64,000 nt of DNA from positions 151,789 to 215,788 of the forward strand of contig OZ251531.1 in assembly GCA_965243185.1 (NCBI GenBank), written 5' to 3'. The notes below the pieces were generated by a model. It ran no database searches, was not told the DNA's origin, and saw only the letters and a program-made list of their open reading frames with translations. This document shows positions 44,686 to 54,554 of the stretch, in pieces; the stretch's first letter is position 1; the number at the start of each line of letters is the position of its first letter. This DNA comes from Dehalococcoidia bacterium (GTDB lineage Bacteria > Chloroflexota > Dehalococcoidia > Lucifugimonadales > UBA3495). The translations under genes were made by a program, and so were the position numbers.

Positions 44686-46056
44686 GTGTCAAAATCAGCG
44701 GCTTGGCAGGATTTATTGCGGCGTCCGCCCCGGATTTTCTACGGGTGGTGGATTGTCTTGGTCAGCTTGATTGCCGACGGCATCAAGCAGGGCAGTTTTA
44801 ACCGGGGCTTTACCGTCTATATCATCCCCATTCAGAACGATTTGGGGTTGAGCGCCGCCGCCATCGGCTGGGCGGACACCTTGGGTCGGCTGATGGGCGG
44901 CATCCAGGGGCCCATTGTCGGCTACCTTACGGACCGCTACGGCCCGGGAGTTATGCTGGCTTTCGGCGGCATCCTCTCCGGCCTCGGCTTTATCCTGCTC
45001 TCCCTCACCGAAAACTATTTCTTTTTCCTATTGGTCTTTGTCGGGCTGATGTCCGTCGGCTTTCGCTCCGGCTACAACAACGCCTCCATTGCGGCGGTGA
45101 ACAACTGGTTCCGCCGCCGCCGCGGCTTGGCGATGTCCATCGTATCGATGGGTCACGGCTTGGGCGGCACCATCGCCCCCATCGCCGGGCTGATGGTGCT
45201 GGCTTTTGGCTGGCGGCCGGCGGTGCTGATTTCCGGCATCGTCATCATCATCCTGATTGTCCCCCTGTCTCTGCTGGTGCGGCGGTCGCCGGAAAGTATG
45301 GGACTGCTGCCGGATGGCGAACAGCCGGACGGCGCAAGCCCGGCCGCCGCCGCCAACCACCCGGGACGCCGCGCCCGTTCCCCCCGGCCCGGCTTGGAAA
45401 CCGACTTTACCGCCCGGGAAGCGATGCGGACACCCTCTTACTGGATGGTAGTCTTGGCCGCCGGCTTGCGGAACACCGCCCACTCCGGCCTCTCTTTCCT
45501 GCTGGCGCCGCTGATGGTCTGGTTCCTGCAAGAGGGCGGCCGGGAGCAGACTGAAAGCCTGCGGATTGCCGCCCAATTCGTGGGACTGGTGGCGGTAGGC
45601 GTGGTACTATTCAATCCCCTGGTCGGCTGGCTGGGCGACCGCTTTCCCCGCAAACTGCTGTGCGCCGTTTGTATGCTTTCCGGCTCCCTTGCCCTGGCAT
45701 TTCTGGTCAACTCCAATGGCAACCTGTGGCAACTGGCGGCCTTTGCCCTGCTGCTGGCTCTGTCGGAAAGCGCCAATTCCCTGAATTGGGCTATTATGGG
45801 GGAGTTTTTCGGCCGCCGTAGCTTTGCCACTCTGCGCGGCTGGCAGCACCTGCCCGACCAGCTGATGTCGATGTGGACGGCGGTGTGGATGGGGTTGATT
45901 TTCGACCACACCGGCAGCTACTTTTGGGCCTTGTTCCCGCTGATGGCGCTATTGGGCTTGGCGGGCTTGACCTATCTTATCCTGCCGCGCCCCCGCCTAC
46001 CGGCCCGCCTGCGGGAACGGGCCGAACGGCGGGCGGCGGTGCGGCGGTCGGGTTAG
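44686..46056 (+). CDS. MFS transporter (oxalate/formate antiporter-like)
   Basis: 456-aa ORF with ~12 hydrophobic segments. Paralog of the 24398 gene. Confidence 0.8.
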   Translation: MSKSAAWQDLLRRPPRIFYGWWIVLVSLIADGIKQGSFNRGFTVYIIPIQNDLGLSAAAIGWADTLGRLMGGIQGPIVGYLTDRYGPGVMLAFGGILSGLGFILLSLTENYFFFLLVFVGLMSVGFRSGYNNASIAAVNNWFRRRRGLAMSIVSMGHGLGGTIAPIAGLMVLAFGWRPAVLISGIVIIILIVPLSLLVRRSPESMGLLPDGEQPDGASPAAAANHPGRRARSPRPGLETDFTAREAMRTPSYWMVVLAAGLRNTAHSGLSFLLAPLMVWFLQEGGREQTESLRIAAQFVGLVAVGVVLFNPLVGWLGDRFPRKLLCAVCMLSGSLALAFLVNSNGNLWQLAAFALLLALSESANSLNWAIMGEFFGRRSFATLRGWQHLPDQLMSMWTAVWMGLIFDHTGSYFWALFPLMALLGLAGLTYLILPRPRLPARLRERAERRAAVRRSG

Positions 46057-47243
46057 CCGCCGCCCCCATACCGCCCCGCCGCCCCCGCTAAACCCTCCAA
46101 CGCTCCCGCCAATACCCAATCCTCGACACAGTAAGACAGGCGAAAATGTCCCGGAACGCCAAAACCGCGGCCCGGCACCGCCAGCACCTGCCACTCCTGC
46201 AAAGCGTCCACAAAGGCGGCATCATCGGCCAACGGCGACTGGGGAAACAGGTAAAAAGCCCCCTGCGGTTTCACCACCGCATAGCCCAACTCGGTCAGCC
46301 CGGCGTACAGAAAATCCCGCTTGCGCTGATATTCAGCCACATCCACGCTGGCATCCTGCAACGCCCGTATCAAATGCTGCATCAACGCCGGGGCGTTGAC
46401 AAAGCCCAAAGTCCGGGTGCAGAAAATCAGCCCGTCCACCAACTCCCCCTTGCCCGGATAGGCCGGGTGTACCGCAATGTAGCCAATCCGCTCCCCCGGC
46501 AAGCCCAAATCCTTGGCGTGGGAATTGACTACGATAGTGCGGTCATAGTGGGGAAAAATTTGCGGATAAGTCAAGCCGTCATAAATCAGCCGCCGGTACG
46601 GTTCGTCGCTGATGATGTAGATTTCGGTATTCAACTCCGACTGCTTGCGGCGCAGCAGTTCCGCCAGTTCCCGGATTTCCCCGGCGGTATAAACCACCCC
46701 GGAGGGATTGTTTGGCGAATTGATAATCAGTCCCCGGGTGCGCGGCGTAATGGCGGCGGCGATGGCGTCCCAATCCAGCCGAAAGTCGGCGGTAGTCGGC
46801 GCAATGACCGCCTGGCCGTTGTGATTAGCCACATAATAGACATACTCCCCGAAGTAGGGCGCCAGGATAATCACCTCATCCCCCGGATTCAGGGTAGCCC
46901 CCAGTACCACATTGATGGCGCCGGCGGCCCCGCAGCTCATCACAATATCGCCGCCGGCAAAGGGCAAGCCGGTTTCCCCCCGCAGCGTCGCCGCCACGGC
47001 GGCCCGGGTCTCCGGATAGCCGGCGTTGGGCATATAGCGGTGCATTCCCGGCGCGGGATTGGCGGCCAGTCGCCGCAGTTCGGCATTAAACTGCTCCGGC
47101 GGCTCCATAATGGGATTGCCCAAGGACAAGTCAAAAACCTTATCCGCCTCATATTGGGCTTTCAGGGCGATGCCGGCCTCGAACATTCGGCGGATCCAGC
47201 TGCCCTGCTCCATGGCTTGGCGGATGTGGTGGGAAATGGTCAT
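46053..47243 (-). CDS. Class I/II pyridoxal-phosphate-dependent aminotransferase
   Basis: LSLGNP, NSPNNPSG and SHAKDLGLPGERIGY patterns. Start set at the ATG at 47243. Confidence 0.88.
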   Translation of the reverse strand: MTISHHIRQAMEQGSWIRRMFEAGIALKAQYEADKVFDLSLGNPIMEPPEQFNAELRRLAANPAPGMHRYMPNAGYPETRAAVAATLRGETGLPFAGGDIVMSCGAAGAINVVLGATLNPGDEVIILAPYFGEYVYYVANHNGQAVIAPTTADFRLDWDAIAAAITPRTRGLIINSPNNPSGVVYTAGEIRELAELLRRKQSELNTEIYIISDEPYRRLIYDGLTYPQIFPHYDRTIVVNSHAKDLGLPGERIGYIAVHPAYPGKGELVDGLIFCTRTLGFVNAPALMQHLIRALQDASVDVAEYQRKRDFLYAGLTELGYAVVKPQGAFYLFPQSPLADDAAFVDALQEWQVLAVPGRGFGVPGHFRLSYCVEDWVLAGALEGLAGAAGRYGGGG

Positions 47244-47350
47244 ATTGCCTGCTCCCGGTTGGCGGCGTTGTTGCGGCCGCGATGGCTTGGCCGCTAATGA
47301 TAGCGGCGATGGGGGGTTTTGGCAAAAGGGGGATAAGACCCGCCCCCCGA

Positions 47351-47680
47351 TTACTTGGCCGGCAGGGTCTGCACAAAATCCACCGCTTGGCCCACCCATT
47401 CTTGCAAAGCGGCGGCGGTGGCAAAGCCGGCCGGCTGTACCACTACAAAGCCGCGGAGGGGGCGGCCGGTGAAGTCCATCACCCCGGCATAAGGTTGGGC
47501 CAGGGCGGCGTCATACTGGGCGGGGCCGACGCGGAGCATCAAGCGATTCTGATCCACGCCGCAGCACATATTGCCGTGGAGCATAAAGACGAGGCCGCCG
47601 AACATCCGCCTTTCCGACACTCCCGCCACCGCCGTCAGAGCTTGACGCACCCGAACCGCCGTTATTTCATCGTAAGCCAC
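47351..47680 (-). CDS. TfoX N-terminal domain protein
   Basis: 109-aa ORF with pattern ERRMFGGLVFMLHGNMCCGV. Confidence 0.7.
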   Translation of the reverse strand: MAYDEITAVRVRQALTAVAGVSERRMFGGLVFMLHGNMCCGVDQNRLMLRVGPAQYDAALAQPYAGVMDFTGRPLRGFVVVQPAGFATAAALQEWVGQAVDFVQTLPAK

Positions 47681-47863
47681 AGTCGGAACCTCGACTTTGA
47701 GGATTTTGCGGGATTTTGGCGGTTAGTTGGGGGGATTTGCCTAGCGGTCGGGGTTTGTGTTATGTTATATTACATAAAAGATGGCGGGCGGCGTCAACCC
47801 GTACCGGCCCATTGTCGCTAAATCGGACGCCCCGGCGCGGCGTCCGCAAAAGGAGTAGGAGCT

Positions 47864-48169
47864 ATGGCAGATAACGGATTGGACAAATTCATTACCGGCT
47901 TGCTGGCTGGGGCCTTGGTCGGCACCGCCATCGGTATGCTGATGGCGCCCAAGCCCGGCAACGAGGCCCGGCAGATTGTCCGGGAACGCGGCCGGGAGTA
48001 TCTGGGGACGGCCCGGGAGCGCGGCCGGGAATACCTCGGCACGGCCCGGGAGCAGGCCGGCGGCTACATCGACTCGGCCCGGGAGCGGGTGCGGAACATC
48101 CGCCGCCACAACGGGCCGGGCGAACTCGACGATGAGGGCATCCCGACCCAGGTGATTGAGGCGGAGTAG
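47864..48169 (+). CDS. YtxH-like protein
   Basis: N-terminal FITGLLAGALVGTAIGMLMAPKPG and a charged helical tail with an internal duplication (RERGREYLGTA x2). Confidence 0.7.
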   Translation: MADNGLDKFITGLLAGALVGTAIGMLMAPKPGNEARQIVRERGREYLGTARERGREYLGTAREQAGGYIDSARERVRNIRRHNGPGELDDEGIPTQVIEAE

Positions 48170-48276
48170 AGTCCGTTTCATTGGTCGGTTCAGGCCGGCT
48201 ATGGTGGTTTTCGACCCGGAGGCGCGGCGACGCGGCTCCGGGTTTTTTATGCGATGCCGGGATGTTTGGTTGGGGA

Positions 48277-49077
48277 TTAAAGGTTAAGGCGCTGTACCAA
48301 TTCCTCGGCGGTTACTATGGCCCCGCTCAGCCCTTGGGCGTCTTGACCGGCCAGAAACACCGCCGCCTGCACCATCGCCGCCGGAGTTGCCCAAGTCGAA
48401 AAATCCGCCGCCGGGCGTTGGGCTTGAAAGCCTTCGGTCAACACCGGGCGGAGGGGTTTGAGGCAGTTGACTGCGATATTGTGGGGGCCGAGTTCGGCGG
48501 ACAAGCCCCAAGTCAGCCGCTCCACTCCCGCCTTGGCTACCCCGTACGCCTGTCCCATCATTTCCACCCCAGCGGCGGCGTCAGCGTTCAGCGTCGAGGA
48601 AAAAATGTTGCCGGCGGCGTGGGACGACAAGTTGATAATGCTGCCGCCGCCCTGTTCGACCATTAAGGGGGCGACGGCGCGGCAGCCGATATAAGTGGCG
48701 CGGAGGTTGATGTCCATAACCAGGTCCCATTCTTTGAGGGTGGATTCGAGGAAAGGGCGGTAAGTCCCGACCCCGGCATTGTTGACCAAGATGTCGATGT
48801 CGCCGAAGGAGTCGAGGGTTTGCTGGGTCATAGCGTAGATGCTTTGTTCGTCGCGGACATTGCAGGGGATGGGGAGGGCTTGACCGCCTTGGGCTTTGAT
48901 TTCGGCGGCGGTGGCGTAAATTGTTCCCGGCGCATTGTCCCGCTCCGTTTCGGACCGGGCGGCCACTACTACCGCCGCCCCGGCCGCGGCCAATCCTAAA
49001 GCGATGGCTTTGCCGATGCCGCGGCTGGAGCCGGTTACGATGGCGACTTTGTTGTCGAGTTGGTTTTCCAAAATCAT
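48277..49077 (-). CDS. SDR-family oxidoreductase
   Basis: VAIVTGSSRGIGKAIA and the NNAG motif. Confidence 0.85.
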   Translation of the reverse strand: MILENQLDNKVAIVTGSSRGIGKAIALGLAAAGAAVVVAARSETERDNAPGTIYATAAEIKAQGGQALPIPCNVRDEQSIYAMTQQTLDSFGDIDILVNNAGVGTYRPFLESTLKEWDLVMDINLRATYIGCRAVAPLMVEQGGGSIINLSSHAAGNIFSSTLNADAAAGVEMMGQAYGVAKAGVERLTWGLSAELGPHNIAVNCLKPLRPVLTEGFQAQRPAADFSTWATPAAMVQAAVFLAGQDAQGLSGAIVTAEELVQRLNL

Positions 49078-49083
49078 CCGGAT

Positions 49084-50046
49084 TCACCGCCCCCGATAGT
49101 GCCGCCCCAACTCCGAGGCATACACCTTCCCCAGCTCACTGCCGTTTTCCGCCAGCCACGCGCTCAGCCGGGTCGGGCATTGCGGCGGGTCGGCGGAAGT
49201 GAGCAGGTTGGCGGCGAGGCCGGCGATTTCCTCTTTAGTCAGCGCCACATCCCGCACCAGCAGCCCCAACAGCCGCGCCAGCAGCAAAACCCATCCCGGC
49301 GGCAGATGGATAATCCGGGCGGGGCGGCCGATATTGCCGGCGAGCAAGCGCACCAGTTCATCAAAGGTATAAGTTTCCGGGCCGACGGCGTCCGTTACTG
49401 CATTATCCGTTCCCGGCCCGGCCGCCACGGCCAAGGCCGCCAAATCCGCTACATAGACCGGCTGCGCTTGGTACTGCCCATCCCCGGCCACGGCAAAAGC
49501 CGGAAAGCGGCGCAGCAGCCAGGCGATATTATTCAGCAGAATATCCCCCGCGCCAAAGACCAGGGCCGGGCGGATAATGGCGTGGGAGATGCCGGTTTCT
49601 TGCAATGCCTGCTCGACCAGTCCCTTGCCCCGAAAATAGGGCAGCGGCGAATGGGCGTCGGGATTAGTGATGCTGAGGTGGACCAGCCGCCGCACTCCGG
49701 CCGCCGCGGCCGCTTGGAACAGGATGCGGGAATTAGCCACTGCCCGGTCAAAAGTAATGTCCCCGGCGTCAAACCGCACCCAATAGGTATTGTAGAGGGT
49801 ATCCGCCCCCCGCAGATTTTCCGTCAGCAGTTCCGGCCGGTCAAAGTTAAAGGGCAACGCCGCCACCTGCCCGTCAAAGGGATCCGCCGCCGCAATAGCC
49901 GCCGCCGGCCGCCCGGTGAGGGTGCGAACCGGCCGCCGCCCGGCGGCCAGCAGCTGCCGGGCAATATAACGCCCGGTATAGCCAAAGGCGCCGGTAACGA
50001 CATCAAACCCGTCGGCCGGGGAATGGTCCGCATTGGCATTAGTCAT
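49084..50046 (-). CDS. NAD(P)H-binding NmrA/atypical-SDR-like protein
   Basis: VVTGAFGYTGRYIARQLL Rossmann motif. Start set at the ATG at 50046. Confidence 0.75.
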   Translation of the reverse strand: MTNANADHSPADGFDVVTGAFGYTGRYIARQLLAAGRRPVRTLTGRPAAAIAAADPFDGQVAALPFNFDRPELLTENLRGADTLYNTYWVRFDAGDITFDRAVANSRILFQAAAAAGVRRLVHLSITNPDAHSPLPYFRGKGLVEQALQETGISHAIIRPALVFGAGDILLNNIAWLLRRFPAFAVAGDGQYQAQPVYVADLAALAVAAGPGTDNAVTDAVGPETYTFDELVRLLAGNIGRPARIIHLPPGWVLLLARLLGLLVRDVALTKEEIAGLAANLLTSADPPQCPTRLSAWLAENGSELGKVYASELGRHYRGR

Positions 50047-50103
50047 AGCGGGATGGATTGTAGGGGAAAAGGGGGCGGCGGGGCAAGGGGGCGGCAACGC
50101 CGC

Positions 50104-50589
50104 TTAACTGGGGTCGGGGTCAGCAGGGTCGGGTTCGGCGATGGCGTGGGGGTCGTTCAAGATGAATAGTCGGCGGCTGGGTTGCCAGGCTTGGTCGGGC
50201 GGGGGCTGGAAGTAGTAATGCTGGAAGTCTTTGTTGGTGTATTCGTCGAGGAGAGTCCAGCCGGCGGCGATTAGGGCGGCGGATGCTTTTTCCAAGGCGG
50301 GTTCGCTGGTGGCGTCGGGGGAGTAGGGCTGTCCGTTGCGGTGTCCGTTGCGGGTGGGGTCGTCCGGTTCATCTGGGTAGGCGGCTGCCGGGTCGGCGGG
50401 GCCGGCATCGTGGCTTTGGTAGATTTCCAGGACGGCGTCGGGCAAGGGAGTTGGCTGGGCCGGATCGGTTTGCGGCGGGTGGGCGCGATAGACACAGCGG
50501 GCGGTGATGCGGTCGATGGGGGCGGAGCCGTCCCATTGAAAGATGAATTCCGGCAGCGGGGGTATCCGGTCGTAGATGCGCGGCGGCAT
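50104..50589 (-). CDS. Hypothetical protein
   Basis: 161-aa ORF, Pro/Asp-rich in the middle. No family recognised. Confidence 0.4.
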   Translation of the reverse strand: MPPRIYDRIPPLPEFIFQWDGSAPIDRITARCVYRAHPPQTDPAQPTPLPDAVLEIYQSHDAGPADPAAAYPDEPDDPTRNGHRNGQPYSPDATSEPALEKASAALIAAGWTLLDEYTNKDFQHYYFQPPPDQAWQPSRRLFILNDPHAIAEPDPADPDPS

Positions 50590-50720
50590 AGGTTGGGCGC
50601 TCCTGGGTGATGATGGTGGTTGGGCGGCCTTTAGGTAGCGGATTATAGCCGGTTGGGGGTGGGGGCGGCAAAGGCAATCGCAAGAAGCTGCCCTTGCCTA
50701 TAGCTGAGCCGCGAGATCTA

Positions 50721-51572
50721 TTACCAATCCCTGAAACTGGTAATGAACTTGCGTCCGGCCTCCCCGTGTTCGGCGAGGGCGTAGGAGCATACATGGCTGA
50801 CGACCAAAAACTCCCGTATTCGGTTCCGAACAACTAACGCCTCGCCATCGGTAAGACAGGACGATCCTTCTTGCTCCCGATAGCGCACATACCAACGGTT
50901 GTGTCCGTCAGCGCGGCTTTCCAGCAGCTCATAGTAGTCCCCATCTTGCATGATTTCCAACCATATTTGGGCCGACGTGGACACAGGAATGGAAAGTTGT
51001 CCTCCGTCAAAATTTACGTATACGAAGCCATTAGCATCCCAACCGGGATCGCGGAAATCGTAAGTGTTGTAGCCCGATTCGTAGGTCGTTTCGGAAATCC
51101 AATCTACCGGAACCTGAACTTCAAAGCGATAATCGGAGTTTCGGTAAGTCCGGTACCACACCGACGGTACCGGCGTGGGGGTCGGCCAAGGGGTGGCGGT
51201 GGGCCGCGGCGTTGGCGTAGGGGTTGGAGCCGGCGTAAGGGTTGGCGTGGGATAGGGAGTATAGGTTGGGTAGGGTGTGGCGGTGGGAACCGTGGTGGGA
51301 GTGGGATAGGGAGTATAAGTCGGCCGCGGCGTGTGGGTCGGATGGGGCGTAACCGTGGGCCGGGGCGTGGCCGTGGGATAAGGCGTGTTGGTGGGGTAAG
51401 CGGTGGGGGTCGGGATGGCGGCGACCCGGGCCGTAACGGTAGCCGGGATGTCCGGGGTAGCAGTGGGGATAGGGGTTACCGTGGGGATGGGGGTGGGCGG
51501 CGGGGCGGCGCAGGCCAAGGCCGCCAAGGCCAGCAGCAGCAAAAGGGGTACCGTGTTGAGCAAGGTTTTCAT
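50721..51572 (-). CDS. Secreted/lipoprotein-like protein with a long (Y)PT-repeat linker and unknown C-terminal domain
   Basis: Signal peptide ending LALAALAC and ~120 aa of TPxPT repeats. The C-terminal domain looks lower in GC. Confidence 0.7.
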   Translation of the reverse strand: MKTLLNTVPLLLLLALAALACAAPPPTPIPTVTPIPTATPDIPATVTARVAAIPTPTAYPTNTPYPTATPRPTVTPHPTHTPRPTYTPYPTPTTVPTATPYPTYTPYPTPTLTPAPTPTPTPRPTATPWPTPTPVPSVWYRTYRNSDYRFEVQVPVDWISETTYESGYNTYDFRDPGWDANGFVYVNFDGGQLSIPVSTSAQIWLEIMQDGDYYELLESRADGHNRWYVRYREQEGSSCLTDGEALVVRNRIREFLVVSHVCSYALAEHGEAGRKFITSFRDW

Positions 51573-51674
51573 TAAGAACTCTCTCTCGATGGATGGGCCG
51601 GCGCGGCGGTTTCACGCCGGGGGCAAGGGCAACCCCTAGGGCTTGCCCATCCCCCCGTTCACCGGGCGGTTTGA

Positions 51675-52562
51675 CTAGCGTTTTCCAGGGTAGGAAAAAC
51701 TGTCAAACACCCGGTCAACAAAGTCGTCATCCCACTTCCACACCCATGGTTCGCACACTTCGACAAATACCGCAAAGATGTATTCCGGGATGAGAATGTG
51801 CAACCCGTGACCTACGATGTCGCAGTAGTTGTCGGTACCGTCATACCGATACTGCGACCGTTTCGAGATTGGAGATACGCTCTGCAACGACAGCAACTGG
51901 AAGCCTGCCTCGTTATCTCGGATGACATCCAAGTCACCTTGTACCGAGTCATCCAAGGTATAACCGGCTTGCCAACCGTAACTGGATTGGTAAGAAATGA
52001 CCGTTACCGAGGCTTTATTATCGGGGTCATCGAAGTTGATGAAAGTGAAGTCAACCCCGCTATCGAGTTTTGACGTATCGTCCCCTGATTTCCGCCAATC
52101 GGCTGGCGCCTCGATGCTGAAAAAGCTCCGCGGCCGCTGTGTAGTCCACTGCACTGGCGGTACCGGGGTTGCGGTAGGCCAAGGCGTTGCGGTGGGCCGG
52201 GGCGTCGGCGTTGGTGTGGGGGTCGGGGCCGGCGTGGGGGTTGGCGTGGGATACGGCGTATAGGTTGGGTAGGGAGTCGCCGTGGGAACCGTGGTGGGTG
52301 TGGGGTAGGGGGTGTAGGTAGGGCGCGGCGTCGCGGTCGGGTAAGGTGTAACCGTGGGGCGCGGGGTCGCCGTGGGGTAGGGGGTGCTGGTGGGGTAGGC
52401 GGTGGCGGTGGGGATGGCGGCAACCCGGGCGGTAACGGTGGCCGGGATGTCTGGGGTGGCGGTGGGAATGGGCGTTACCGTGGGAATGGGCGTGGGCGGC
52501 GGGGCGGCGCAAGCCATCAGTATCGCCGCCAACAAGGGCAGCACAGGAAACAGAGCTTTCAT
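51675..52562 (-). CDS. Paralogous secreted/lipoprotein-like protein with PT-repeat linker and a different C-terminal domain
   Basis: MKALFPVLPLLAAILMAC. The N-terminal ~140 aa is nearly identical to the 50721 gene and the C-terminus is unrelated. Confidence 0.7.
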   Translation of the reverse strand: MKALFPVLPLLAAILMACAAPPPTPIPTVTPIPTATPDIPATVTARVAAIPTATAYPTSTPYPTATPRPTVTPYPTATPRPTYTPYPTPTTVPTATPYPTYTPYPTPTPTPAPTPTPTPTPRPTATPWPTATPVPPVQWTTQRPRSFFSIEAPADWRKSGDDTSKLDSGVDFTFINFDDPDNKASVTVISYQSSYGWQAGYTLDDSVQGDLDVIRDNEAGFQLLSLQSVSPISKRSQYRYDGTDNYCDIVGHGLHILIPEYIFAVFVEVCEPWVWKWDDDFVDRVFDSFSYPGKR

Positions 52563-52619
52563 CACGAACTCTCCCAAGGAAAATGGATGGGGCGGACGCT
52601 GAATTGGAAGGTTCGCGGG

Positions 52620-53105
52620 TTATTCCAGTAGCGGCCGTACGCCGGTCAGCAATGCCGGCGGTTGCAGCCCGGTGGGGCCGGGCGGGAGGCAGCGGCGGCG
52701 GTTGCGGGACGGCGCATGGGCCGGGGCCGCCGGTATGGGGAAATGCCGGAGCCGAAGGAGCCGCTCCAGCCGGGTAGTCCAGGATTGGAGGGCGAGGGTC
52801 GGCAGGAGCCAGGAGGCGGGGCGGGCGGATTCCCAGCCGGTTACGAAGCACAGGGCGGCCAGCAGGTAGGCGGTTATCCAGAACTGGGCGGCCGGAAATG
52901 CCAGGCTGAGGTAGGATTCGCCCAAGCCGTTAAGGATTACATCGGCTGCGGCCGCGGCGGGAATGTTCGCCAAGGCGGCCAAGGCCGCGAGGAACAGGGC
53001 CGCGCCCAAGGGCATAACTACCGGGAGGATGGTAGTCCATTTGAGCCAGGATTTGAGGAATGCCCGGAGGATTTGCTGGCCGGCGGGCGGGAGTTGGTAA
53101 AGCAT
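52620..53105 (-). CDS. Hypothetical membrane protein
   Basis: 161-aa ORF with 3-4 hydrophobic segments. Confidence 0.45.
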   Translation of the reverse strand: MLYQLPPAGQQILRAFLKSWLKWTTILPVVMPLGAALFLAALAALANIPAAAAADVILNGLGESYLSLAFPAAQFWITAYLLAALCFVTGWESARPASWLLPTLALQSWTTRLERLLRLRHFPIPAAPAHAPSRNRRRCLPPGPTGLQPPALLTGVRPLLE

Positions 53106-53238
53106 CGAGGTAGTATAGCATACCGGGCGGCCGGGGCAAGGGGGGCGGCGTCAGTAATTGGGGCTATTGCATATACTTGGCGGCTTACTTGCCGTCTTTC
53201 CCGTGAAAACGGGAATTCAGAAAGGCCGGGGACTCTGG

Positions 53239-53261
53239 ATTCCCACTTTCGTGGGAATGAC
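53239..53261. repeat. REP-like palindromic element
   Basis: ATTCCCAC-TTTC-GTGGGAATGAC. Same unit, in inverted orientation, as 58038..58063. A half copy GTGGGAATGACGATT lies at 53289-53303, and a related hairpin TTCCCGTGAAAACGGGAA at 53198-53215. Confidence 0.8.
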
Positions 53262-53402
53262 GGTGGAGGATTCTGAGTTCCTGCTTTTGTGGGAATGACG
53301 ATTACTTTCGCAGGAAGGAACGGATTTCTATAGGCGATAGACCCGGAATGATGACGCCGGGCTTGTTGTTGCCCCCTTATTTCCTGTGCTACAATCGCCG
53401 CT

Positions 53403-54554
53403 ATGGTTGCTGTGGATACCGCATCGGTTAAGTTCTGGGCGGCCTTGAATCAGGTTTCCCGCTTGGGGACGGCCCGCTTTCAGAAGTTGGAAAGTTACTT
53501 TGGCGATTTGGCCGCCGCTTGGCAGGCCGCGCCGGCGGCGCTGCGGGCGGCCGGGTTGGATGAACGCACCGCCCAAGCCGTAGCCGCCGCCCGTAACCGG
53601 ATCGACCCGGAGGCGGAAATGGGCCGGCTGGAACAAGCCGGCGTCCGGGTATTGACCTGGCACGACCCGGAATATCCGCCCCGGCTGCGGACCATTGACA
53701 GCCGGCCGCCGCTGCTGTATATCCAGGGCGGCCTTTGGCCCGGCGATGCCCAATCCGTGGCCGTGGTCGGCACCCGCAATCCTACCGCCTACGGACGGGA
53801 AGCTGCGGCGGCCCTCAGCGGCGAACTGGCCGGCAGCGGCATCCCCATCGTCAGCGGTCTGGCTCTGGGTATCGACGCTATCGCCCATCGGGCCGCCCTC
53901 AGCAATGGCGGGCGTACCATCGCCGTGGTCGCCAACGGGTTGGATGTGGCCTATCCCCCGGCTAATGCCGACTTGTACCGCCGCATTGCCGAGCAGGGGG
54001 CGGTAATGAGCGAATATCCTTTAGGCGTCCGTCCCGACCCGCGCAACTTTCCCCGCCGCAATCGCTTGATTAGCGGGATGAGTATGGGTACATTAGTGGT
54101 CGAAGCCGATGAAAACAGCGGCGCCCGCTGGACGGTCTATCACGCCTTGGAGCAGGGACGGGAAGTCTTTTGCGTGCCGGGCAGTATCTTTTCCCCAGCC
54201 AGCCGCCTGCCGAACCGGCTGATTCAGGAAGGGGCAAAACTGGCCTTGCGCCACACCGACATTCTGACGGAGCTGAACCTCAGCGCCGCCGCCCGGCAAG
54301 TGGAGATGGAATTGCCGGCCGCGCCGCCGCCATCGGAACCGTCGCCCGGCCCGGAGCTGGACGGAGCCGCCGCTCTGCTGCATTATATCCATCACGAGCC
54401 GGTGCATATCGACGAACTGCGCCGGGAAGTGGGCTGGCCGGCCGCTGAGGTCAGCAGCCTCTTGACAATGCTGGAATTGCAAGGCAGGGTTAAGCAGGTG
54501 GGCGTAATGCACTACATTCGCACAGGAGAGACAAGGGCAATCTATGGCAGGTAA
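53403..54554 (+). CDS. dprA: DNA-processing protein DprA
   Basis: VAVVGTRNPTAYG, SGLALGIDAIAHRAAL and FPRRNRLISG seen. Confidence 0.9.
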   Translation: MVAVDTASVKFWAALNQVSRLGTARFQKLESYFGDLAAAWQAAPAALRAAGLDERTAQAVAAARNRIDPEAEMGRLEQAGVRVLTWHDPEYPPRLRTIDSRPPLLYIQGGLWPGDAQSVAVVGTRNPTAYGREAAAALSGELAGSGIPIVSGLALGIDAIAHRAALSNGGRTIAVVANGLDVAYPPANADLYRRIAEQGAVMSEYPLGVRPDPRNFPRRNRLISGMSMGTLVVEADENSGARWTVYHALEQGREVFCVPGSIFSPASRLPNRLIQEGAKLALRHTDILTELNLSAAARQVEMELPAAPPPSEPSPGPELDGAAALLHYIHHEPVHIDELRREVGWPAAEVSSLLTMLELQGRVKQVGVMHYIRTGETRAIYGR

